Shown here piece after piece: positions 17,070-24,735 of a stretch of 64,000 nucleotides of DNA. The DNA comes from a virus. The notes beneath the pieces are model-generated. The model worked only from the letters and a program-made list of their open reading frames with translations. It was not told the DNA's origin and did not search any database. How positions within the stretch are numbered: position 1 is the first letter of the stretch; each line of letters begins with the position of its first letter. The position numbers and the translations under genes were made by a program. The stretch covers positions 64,001 through 128,000 of the IMG/VR virus record IMGVR_UViG_3300037245_001077. One strand, 5' to 3'.

Positions 17070-17156
17070 GCTGGAGTGGCTGGAATTGGTATACGCAGGG
17101 GACTTAAAATCCCTGGCCGAAAGGTCGTGTGGGTTCGACTCCCACCTCCAGCACCA
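17070..17156 (+). tRNA. tRNA-Leu(TAA)
   Basis: Loop CT-TAA-AA, long variable arm, CCA. Confidence 0.92.
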
Positions 17157-17161
17157 GCTAT

Positions 17162-17238
17162 GCCGCTCTGGGCCAATTGGTAGAGTCGGGGGTCTCAAAA
17201 GCCCTTTGTTCCGAGTTCGAATCTCGGGGGCGGCACCA
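17162..17238 (+). tRNA. tRNA-Leu(CAA), short variable loop
   Basis: Loop CT-CAA-AA, A73, CCA, only a 5-nt variable region. Confidence 0.85.
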
Positions 17239-17241
17239 TTT

Positions 17242-17317
17242 AGCGGAGTAGCTCAATTGGTAGAGCACTGGACTCTGAATTCAGTTGTTGTAGGTTCAAA
17301 CCCTACCTCCGCTGCCA
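17242..17317 (+). tRNA. tRNA-Gln(CTG)
   Basis: Loop CT-CTG-AA, CCA. Confidence 0.92.
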
Positions 17318-17392
17318 TTTTGATTGCAGAAACTGACACTTTTTGGTAGGTTACGCGAATGAAAAGCACTGTTTGTGGTCATAATGACTACT

Positions 17393-17468
17393 AGGGGAGT
17401 AGCTCAATTGGTGGAGCAACAGGCTTTGAACCTGTTGGATGTGAGTTCGAACCTCACCTCCCCTTCCA
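17393..17468 (+). tRNA. tRNA-Gln(TTG)
   Basis: ACAGG-CT-TTG-AA-CCTGT, CCA. Confidence 0.92.
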
Positions 17469-17693
17469 TGTATACTTTATTGAAGGCCATGTGTGCTATG
17501 GACACTTTTATCGTTTTGCTAATTGGGGTTGTCGCTTTGATAGCGATTGCTATGGGGTTGAGTGACCGATACTCTCCTCCTTGTCCGAAATGTGGAAAGG
17601 GTCTTAAGATTCTAGGAGCAGACTATCTATGTATCTCGTGTGACAGGGTTTACTCAGAGGATGAAATTCCAACTTAGTTGTGGCTGCAAAGGC

Positions 17694-17722
17694 TTGACAA
17701 ACAACCCTACACCATCTATGAT
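17694..17722 (+). promoter_or_regulatory. sigma70-type promoter
   Basis: TTGACA-17 nt-TATGAT. Confidence 0.75.
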
Positions 17723-17810
17723 TCTAGTGCTATGACAACTGGAATTCTTCACCAATCTATTCATTTGCCCGCCTCTTTAGGTGGGCCTTGCTGTTTAAGG
17801 AGGAAAAACA

Positions 17811-18194
17811 ATGAAGTTGTATGTTTTGTTTGAGCAACCGGATGAAACGTATCCGGGGCAGTATGCGCCGTTAGCCGTTACGGTACTCGATGAGTACACT
17901 GTGGATAATTCCGGAAGATCGCTTCACGAGGCTCAGGAGGCAGAACTTGCTCGTCTTTCTATGAAGGAAGGGTTTGATCCTACAGATGCTAAGTGGGCCT
18001 GGGTTGAGGTGGATCTTGGTGTGACTGAACAGTTGATCCGAGATGCTATTCTTCAGCCTGCCCTCGCTGTCCAAGGTGTAGTAGCAGTTCCGGCTGCTCC
18101 TCAAGGGCAGAAACACCCTTCTTATCAGGCCATTACCGTGACTAGAGGAAGGCCAGGAGCAGGAAGAATTGTTGACGATGAAATTGTGGAGTAA
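17811..18194 (+). CDS. Hypothetical protein
   Basis: Strong SD TAAGGAGG. Confidence 0.7.
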   Translation: MKLYVLFEQPDETYPGQYAPLAVTVLDEYTVDNSGRSLHEAQEAELARLSMKEGFDPTDAKWAWVEVDLGVTEQLIRDAILQPALAVQGVVAVPAAPQGQKHPSYQAITVTRGRPGAGRIVDDEIVE

Positions 18195-18197
18195 CCC

Positions 18198-18500
18198 ATG
18201 CCCAAGTATAAACGTTATGGGTATGTGGTGGTGGAAAGGTTCTCAAAGCCTTTCGGATTAGTGGCATGTACAAATGTTGGCTTTCACCTTAATCCCCAAA
18301 AAGCGCAGGAACAGGTTGATGCTATAATCGAGTCCGCTGGAGAGGGTAAAGTCGTTGCAGATGAAACAGTTACAGGCAAAGACGATTTTGTCCCCTCTAT
18401 CCGTCGTCATGTCTTAATTGAATACCCTGGTCACGAGACTCTCCAGGTTCTCATCCAGCGATGGTATGTGGAGGTTGGGAGAGATCGCCATGGGGGATAG
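18198..18500 (+). CDS. Hypothetical protein
   Basis: SD GGAG, operon position. Confidence 0.6.
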   Translation: MPKYKRYGYVVVERFSKPFGLVACTNVGFHLNPQKAQEQVDAIIESAGEGKVVADETVTGKDDFVPSIRRHVLIEYPGHETLQVLIQRWYVEVGRDRHGG

Positions 18501-18888
18501 CTATTATGAGAGTGCGCTGTTACGTCTTCGAAGGGTAGCTGCCTACTTGTCCTTGCGGTATGGCGACGTTGTCAAACACAAAGGTCTTACCCCAGTTCAG
18601 TATGAGGTTTTACTCTACGTGGATTCGTGCTTTCCCTTTTGTTCGGTGTCTGAAGTAGCGCAATTTATGGTGGTAGATAAGTCCACCTCGTCACGGGTGC
18701 TACGTGGGATCGAAGGAAAGGGACTCATACGTATTGTTCACGATACCGAAGATCGTAGAAAACGCCAAGTCATATTGACGAATGAAGGAACAGGCGTTGT
18801 GGACGATTGTCGTAAAGCGTGGATGGTGGTTGAGAAGGATGTTAGGACTAAATACGACGATGCCATTGAGCATCTGGAAATCACTTAG
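18490..18888 (+). CDS. MarR-family winged-helix regulator
   Basis: GLTPVQY.VL...SVSEVA....VDKST.SR.L...E.KGLI......DRR...V.LT..G. Confidence 0.9.
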   Translation: MGDSYYESALLRLRRVAAYLSLRYGDVVKHKGLTPVQYEVLLYVDSCFPFCSVSEVAQFMVVDKSTSSRVLRGIEGKGLIRIVHDTEDRRKRQVILTNEGTGVVDDCRKAWMVVEKDVRTKYDDAIEHLEIT

Positions 18889-19413
18889 GGGGTAGAGCAC
18901 GTGGCGCATAAGGTAACTTTCGAAAAAAAGGTGGGCGGTGACTGGAAACCTATTCCTTCGGTTGAGCTTCGAGCGGGGGACGTAACACGGATGATAGAAA
19001 ACGGGGCTATTCTAACAGCAGAAGATGGGCGTACTACCGAGTACCGCGTTGCTAAGTTGAACGGGGTGGACCCTGATAGCCACCGGTCTTTTGACTTGGG
19101 CTTAGAACCTATTATTACCTAGGAGGAAATTTTGGACGCAGTTGTAGATGTGGTTAGAGAAAAGTATGGTGATGAGGCGGCAGAAAGGCTGGCAGAAGCT
19201 TTAAAGTCGTCAGGGGGAACGCCAATCTCCCCGCAGTCCAGTCTCGACACGAGGGTAGTTCTTGCTATTCTCGCCTCGTGTGCTTTACTGATTGGGAAAG
19301 ATCCTGCGACTGTGGACGTAGAGGACATCGCAGAGGTAGCGTTCTCCCTTAGCAATAGAATGCTTGATCCATATGGTAAAACTAAAGAGTAAACTTTTAG
19401 GAAAGAGTACTTT

Positions 19414-19446
19414 GGAGCCGGGTTTTTGACCCGGCTTCTTTATTTT
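19414..19446 (+). terminator. Intrinsic terminator
   Basis: GAGCCGGGT-loop-ACCCGGCTT followed by a T-rich tract. Confidence 0.7.
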
Positions 19447-19462
19447 CTGATAGGAGATTATT

Positions 19463-19783
19463 ATGAGTAGTAAATATGCTGGTGCGATGTTGAAAGCAAC
19501 CAAAGTTGGTGGTAGGCGTTACACCACGGTAAAATCTTTGAATAAGGCTAGAGCACTTGTTCAGGCTGCTGAGAAAGCTTCTCATGGTAAGGTTATCCAA
19601 GCCAGTGAGATTTACCGTGATGACCTTATTGAAGTTCTTGTGGACACACTTATGGAGAAGGATAAGTGTGATGACAAGAAGGACGACAAGGACGACAAGA
19701 AAGACAAGAAAGACAAGAAAGAGAATCCCTTCGCTAAGTTCAAGAAAAAGAAGAAGAAAGATGACGAAGAGGATGACGATTAA
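19463..19783 (+). CDS. Highly charged protein with an internal RDDLIEVLVD motif
   Basis: SD AGGAG; DDKKD low-complexity tail. Confidence 0.7.
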   Translation: MSSKYAGAMLKATKVGGRRYTTVKSLNKARALVQAAEKASHGKVIQASEIYRDDLIEVLVDTLMEKDKCDDKKDDKDDKKDKKDKKENPFAKFKKKKKKDDEEDDD

Positions 19784-19986
19784 TGAATCGTGAAGAGTTA
19801 ATCGAGCTGTTGGTGGAAGAAGCTCTCAAAGACTTCCCTGGTAATGACAAAGAATCAAAGTACAAACGTATGAAGCTTCATATCATGGCAAGTGCCCGTA
19901 AAGGTCGTAAGAGTGGAAAAGACTTTAAGGCTTACGTGTACGGAGCAATGAGAAATCGTGGGTGGAAGCCCACAAGAGAGAGGTAA
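19783..19986 (+). CDS. Basic protein, MTREE-motif family
   Basis: MNREELIELLVEE. Confidence 0.7.
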   Translation: MNREELIELLVEEALKDFPGNDKESKYKRMKLHIMASARKGRKSGKDFKAYVYGAMRNRGWKPTRER

Positions 19987-19989
19987 GTT

Positions 19990-20652
19990 ATGCCCTTCCA
20001 ATCAGATTTTGAAAAAAGCCCTATTGATGTACTGGCAACCCATTATGGCCCTAAGCCTTTTGGTCCTTGGACTAGTCTTATCAGCACCCAGCTTTCTGTG
20101 TTAACGTCAGCTAAGACGCTCTCTGAGCTTCTTGCGGCGAATGACACCGATGTAGTGAACGAGGTCGTAGTAGCGGCTGACGGCACTACAATGAGCTTCT
20201 CAGGCACATTGGCCCCACATACTACTATTCCCCGTACTTCGAACATCGAAGACGGTGATTCAGTGACTTTTACAGCGACCGTGAGTTCGGGTGGTGTGGA
20301 TATCACAGATGCTGCTACTCCTGGTATTCTTGCGGGTACCAACTGCACAGGAACTATCGACTACATCACAGGTGAGTGGACCTTGGTGTTTACGGTTACT
20401 GCTCCTGATAACGCTACGAATATTGTAGTGGATTACACGTGGTTCTTTGTCCTTCCTGATACGATACAAGGCTTGTGGATGTATCCTGCTGGAGATATTA
20501 GAGCTACCTTTTCGGAAAACGGTGTTCCTACGGCTGCAACAGGTATGCTTATAGGTGAGGCTATTTTCCTAGCGGGGCAACGAGGGCTTATAGCCAACGC
20601 ATCGTTTATTGCAGGATCGACCACATTGTTAGACGTTGAAGTCATGGTGTAG
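19990..20652 (+). CDS. Virion structural protein
   Basis: GTIDYITGEWTLVF..AP.....I.VDY motif common in tail sheath/baseplate-associated domains. Confidence 0.6.
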   Translation: MPFQSDFEKSPIDVLATHYGPKPFGPWTSLISTQLSVLTSAKTLSELLAANDTDVVNEVVVAADGTTMSFSGTLAPHTTIPRTSNIEDGDSVTFTATVSSGGVDITDAATPGILAGTNCTGTIDYITGEWTLVFTVTAPDNATNIVVDYTWFFVLPDTIQGLWMYPAGDIRATFSENGVPTAATGMLIGEAIFLAGQRGLIANASFIAGSTTLLDVEVMV

Positions 20653-20655
20653 CCC

Positions 20656-21504
20656 GTGGGCACTAGACTCCATCTCCCGTCTTATCCTTCAGCGGAAGTT
20701 GGCGGGTTACAGACTGCTTTTCGTCAGAATCCTGGTGGAGGTGAAATTCTGGGGTTTGAGGCGTTTCAGTTCGACTTCAACGATCTGACGGCAGACGCGC
20801 CACCACCGAACGGCTCGATCCCGACGAAGTTCGGGGTGGCCCCGCTGGTCTCAATCGTGATGAAACAGCAGAGTAAGTACCTAACTGGCGGTCCCTGGAA
20901 TCGAACCCTCAATTTTCCGCAACCGGGCGAGACCGGCTTCGAGAATTCGACAGGCTGGGCGTTCGACGCTCGTGACTACGGCAACGGCGTGGACCTGCCA
21001 TTCGAGGGCTGGAAGTGTCAATTCTACTGGGGCTGTTATCAGACTGGCGGGCAGGATATGAGGTGGGGCCAGTTCAATATGTACGCTGGCACAATGACCG
21101 ACCTAGACGTTTCGAATCCAGGCGCGGGATACAGATGTCTTCTCAGCGTGGGCACCACGAACGTCCGGCACTACAACCGGCATCTGATCGACAATGTGCA
21201 GATCCATCTCTCAGATCTCCAGCCCGCTGGCGCGTCTCAAACGAACTATTTCGTGTGGCAAGAAATCGTGGCCGACTACACCAACCGAACAATTCAATCA
21301 ACCATCCACGATCTACAGCAGGCCGGGGAAACAACTAGCGGTGTCATCTCGATCTCAGATGTGGAGACGTTCCCGCTGGTCGCCTACAGGTATTTCGGTT
21401 TCCACTCCGGGGCCGACGCAAACAACTGTGGAGTGAAACTACATCACGGATGGTTCGGCAAACTGTCGGATGACTTCCCAGCACATCTGTCGCTGACTAC
21501 ATAG
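20656..21504 (+). CDS. Putative virion accessory/lectin-like protein, paralogue A
   Basis: N-terminus shared with the next ORF. Confidence 0.55.
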   Translation: MGTRLHLPSYPSAEVGGLQTAFRQNPGGGEILGFEAFQFDFNDLTADAPPPNGSIPTKFGVAPLVSIVMKQQSKYLTGGPWNRTLNFPQPGETGFENSTGWAFDARDYGNGVDLPFEGWKCQFYWGCYQTGGQDMRWGQFNMYAGTMTDLDVSNPGAGYRCLLSVGTTNVRHYNRHLIDNVQIHLSDLQPAGASQTNYFVWQEIVADYTNRTIQSTIHDLQQAGETTSGVISISDVETFPLVAYRYFGFHSGADANNCGVKLHHGWFGKLSDDFPAHLSLTT

Positions 21505-21514
21505 ATGAAAGACC

Positions 21515-22300
21515 ATGATTACTAAACTTTATTTCCCATTTTATCCTTCAATGAGTGACGGTGGGTTGCAGCCTGCTTTCCGTCAATACCCTGGTGATGG
21601 TGGGGGTGGTAATTTTCTAAGTTTGCCCGTTTACCACCACTGGAACGGTGAAACAGTTGGAGAAATCCCATCATACAGCACAAAGCCGGATTCGGTTCCA
21701 GCACTCCTGATTCATGGGGATCATCCGACAAATTGGACTCACTGTGCGAGGGGGCCGACTGTAGCTGCCGCTGACGGTCTGCTTGTAGACCTCGGTGGAA
21801 CACTTTCTCCAAACATGTCTGGAATAAGGGTGCTCACACTCCACCGGACGCAGGGTACGGCGTTAATGTGGTGTGATGTCCAGCTCACAGCGGGACCGAC
21901 AGATCTTTTTGGTAATGATTATGTGTTCTGGGAGATTGCAGAGAATGTCAGCCCGGACGAGCGTGTTCATAGAAGGATTATTGGCGGTGTCGAAGATTTC
22001 AACGAAGTTTACACCGGGCACGGAGAGAACAGAGCCAAAGGAAATAGCTGGAGATATGTGTTCTACGAGCAACTGAAGAACGGCGACACAACCTGGAGTG
22101 TTTACAATGAGAGTGGAACCCTGGATTATACTGGGTCTCGGGCGTACCAGGGAACAGCCGAGGTGTTTCCTGAGAACATGCGGTATCTCGGACTCAGGAG
22201 TTGGAATAACGGTTCAGAGTTTGCCCAAATCTGGGTTGGTACGAGTGATGATGCTTGGCCGAGTCTGCCGATGACCCCGATTTCTAATCTAGGTATATAA
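21515..22300 (+). CDS. Putative virion accessory/lectin-like protein, paralogue B
   Basis: L..P.YPS...GGLQ.AFRQ.PG.G N-terminus. Confidence 0.55.
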   Translation: MITKLYFPFYPSMSDGGLQPAFRQYPGDGGGGNFLSLPVYHHWNGETVGEIPSYSTKPDSVPALLIHGDHPTNWTHCARGPTVAAADGLLVDLGGTLSPNMSGIRVLTLHRTQGTALMWCDVQLTAGPTDLFGNDYVFWEIAENVSPDERVHRRIIGGVEDFNEVYTGHGENRAKGNSWRYVFYEQLKNGDTTWSVYNESGTLDYTGSRAYQGTAEVFPENMRYLGLRSWNNGSEFAQIWVGTSDDAWPSLPMTPISNLGI

Positions 22301-22336
22301 CTTGACACCCTACATTATAAGAGTATGATAAGATTC

Positions 22337-24439
22337 ATGAAGAATGTTGTTGTTCTTGCTGTTCCGGTTCTAGCATTAACTTTGATAATTGCAGCCTTCA
22401 GTTGTGGAGGGAACGGTACACCTCCCCCTAACGCAACGAAGACACCTACAGCTATCATTTCACCGACTGCTACTGCAATCCCTCCGACCGAAACCCCTGT
22501 GCCACAGCCTATTCCTGAGCTTATCCCTCCTTTTCCGAAGGTGATGGGAATGGTTCAGCTTGGAGATATGGCAGATCCTCTTGACACTAATACCTATAAC
22601 TTCCAGTCGAATGCGGAGACTGCTAATCAGCTATTGGCAAACGGATTTCAAGCTATCCAAATTTGGCCGCACGAGAGAGTTATGTCCCAAGATGTAGGGT
22701 TAGTTATCTGCAATCCAGGTATCAAGGTTATTGCTATTCGTCCACTGGCTCGTGTGTCTATGGATTCAGGTACTTGTATAGAGGGTACGCAGAATCCAAC
22801 TTGGGAGAATGCTGACTTTGGTCAGATTGCGTATGATCTTCTTGAGCAGTATGGAGATCTATCGTGCCGAGGTGGAGAACCCTTGGATATCATCTTGAAT
22901 AACTGGGAGATCGACTGGCAGTACAAAGGACCGTTTTGCCGAGAAGCTACTCCTACTCCTTATCGTTATCAAAAAGTTACTGAGATGTTGAAGACTCGTC
23001 AGATGGGGGTTGAGTGGGCAAGATCGGTCTTTCCTGATGCCTTATTGAGAGTCCTCCATGGTATTGTGGTTAACCATCATGAAGCAACTTACGCCTTTAG
23101 TTTTAGCCGAGATGTGTTGCCAGGGCTTATTGCTGATGGGTATGGACCACACGTTATTGGTATCTCTTTCTATACTAAGCAGTGGACTTTCACACAGGTT
23201 GTAGAGGTTCTCAAACTTCGTACAGGGTACCCGGTAAGCCGGATGTATGTTGCTGAGCATGGTGAAAATGAGAAGTGGCCTGGAAGACAGCGCGGTAGAT
23301 TTGAGCAAACGCTTCCTCGCATGGATGCTGCGGGTATCCGTGTTGTTTTCATGTGGACATGGAAGCAATTTTGGCCGGGAAGTATAGCAGAGGATGGTTC
23401 CCGTACTGGTGGGTGGCATGGTTTATGGGAAGTTGACGAGAATTTGGGACTTCCAATCCAGCGTAGTTTTACAGGTAGATGGACTTCAGGTTTACGTTTT
23501 GTTCAAGAGTTCAGAATGCGCTTTGACGAGCCACCACTACCTGCTATAACGCCACCAGTAGGAAATACGCCGGTACCTAGTCCGACACCACCAGGAGGAG
23601 GAGCTACACCTACGCCTACACCCACGTCTGTCCCCCCTACTGAGACGCCTAAGCCACCTCCAACAGGGACGCCTATGCCACCTACACCAACGTTTGTACC
23701 CCCTACTGAGACGCCCGTAGATACTCCTACTCCTCCAGTAGCTACTGAGACTCCTATCCCACCACCAGTCTACACATTTACTCCTACTCCTGATCCTTGT
23801 GCAGATTGTCCTATACCTGGGACTATTTGGTGTGATATGTACCCCGAGGTGTGTGCTCAGTGTTGGGAAGACTGTGGTCAGCCGATGAGTACTCCTACTC
23901 CTGGGCCTCCAACTAATACTCCTACTAAGACGCCTACTCCTGGGGCACCAACACCTACTCCTACTTCTGTACCGGAAGATTGTGATGGCTGCCCGCTACC
24001 TGGGACGCTGTGGTGCGAGATGGCACCGGACGCTTGCTATCAGTGCTGGGAAGACTGTGGTGAACCGCTACCTACACGTACTCCTACGCCAATCCCTACT
24101 ATTACACCAACGCCTACTCCTCCTTGGTCAAATAATCCAACGTTTTCAGTATACCCAGACGCTACTCCAACACATTGTGTGTGGGTTTTCACGCATGATG
24201 AGTCTGGTACTGTTATTTCTGAAGAAGTTGCTCTCTGTGCGGACATGAACCAGACGTTTGGCTTAGAGGGTTGGTGGACTATAGAGATAATGACACATTA
24301 TAATCATGGGGCTGTAGGGATTCAGACTGAGCCGAATGGCGATAAGCATGGAGACCTTGATGGTGACGGTATGTACGAGTATTGGCATAGTCAACCGTTA
24401 GAAGTCTTACCCAAACCGGCTGTTCCTATTTTCATTTAG
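22337..24439 (+). CDS. Exported (lipo)protein with putative glycoside-hydrolase-like domain, Pro/Thr linkers and two Cys-rich repeats
   Basis: Signal peptide ending AFS-C, NNWE and VAEHG motifs, PT repeats; promoter TTGACA/TATGAT at 22302-22329 favours ATG 22337. Confidence 0.6.
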   Translation: MKNVVVLAVPVLALTLIIAAFSCGGNGTPPPNATKTPTAIISPTATAIPPTETPVPQPIPELIPPFPKVMGMVQLGDMADPLDTNTYNFQSNAETANQLLANGFQAIQIWPHERVMSQDVGLVICNPGIKVIAIRPLARVSMDSGTCIEGTQNPTWENADFGQIAYDLLEQYGDLSCRGGEPLDIILNNWEIDWQYKGPFCREATPTPYRYQKVTEMLKTRQMGVEWARSVFPDALLRVLHGIVVNHHEATYAFSFSRDVLPGLIADGYGPHVIGISFYTKQWTFTQVVEVLKLRTGYPVSRMYVAEHGENEKWPGRQRGRFEQTLPRMDAAGIRVVFMWTWKQFWPGSIAEDGSRTGGWHGLWEVDENLGLPIQRSFTGRWTSGLRFVQEFRMRFDEPPLPAITPPVGNTPVPSPTPPGGGATPTPTPTSVPPTETPKPPPTGTPMPPTPTFVPPTETPVDTPTPPVATETPIPPPVYTFTPTPDPCADCPIPGTIWCDMYPEVCAQCWEDCGQPMSTPTPGPPTNTPTKTPTPGAPTPTPTSVPEDCDGCPLPGTLWCEMAPDACYQCWEDCGEPLPTRTPTPIPTITPTPTPPWSNNPTFSVYPDATPTHCVWVFTHDESGTVISEEVALCADMNQTFGLEGWWTIEIMTHYNHGAVGIQTEPNGDKHGDLDGDGMYEYWHSQPLEVLPKPAVPIFI

Positions 24440-24691
24440 GAGTGTGCATGTCAGCTAGAGAAGCAGTAGAGGCGTATATTGATGCGCTAAGAGATGTGGG
24501 CGCAGATATCCTAAAGTACCAATTTCGGGTAATAGATGGCAAGATCTGTTTGGGTCATGTCTGGGGTGTAGGGTTAGATGAGATTCAGTGGGCCATGATA
24601 TGGCATACCCCTGAAGAATTTTCTAAGATGGCGAGAATGCGTCGGTTGGATTCCCGTCCTACCAGTAAAATAGGAAATCGTTTTGTAGAGG

Positions 24692-24720
24692 TTGACAAAG
24701 GAACCTCTTGATGGTATCCT
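24692..24720 (+). promoter_or_regulatory. sigma70-type promoter
   Basis: TTGACA-17 nt-TATCCT with TG extension. Confidence 0.65.
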
Positions 24721-24735
24721 TGAGTTCGGAGGTAA

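Noticed and set aside
11937-17470. ORF-track entries overlapping tRNA genes (e.g. 11937-12173, 12174-12422, 14475-15135, 16235-16810, 17068-17349, 5' parts of 12255 and 17375)
   Set aside because: They are translations of tRNA sequence on either strand.
11700-17470. tRNA-associated theta (HDV-like) ribozymes
   Set aside because: Most spacers are too short and no HDV-like core was recognised by eye; a motif search would be needed to exclude them fully.
23500-24130. CRISPR array or DGR repeats
   Set aside because: The repeats are in-frame Pro/Thr and Cys-domain coding repeats; no constant repeat-spacer pattern or reverse transcriptase was found in the window.
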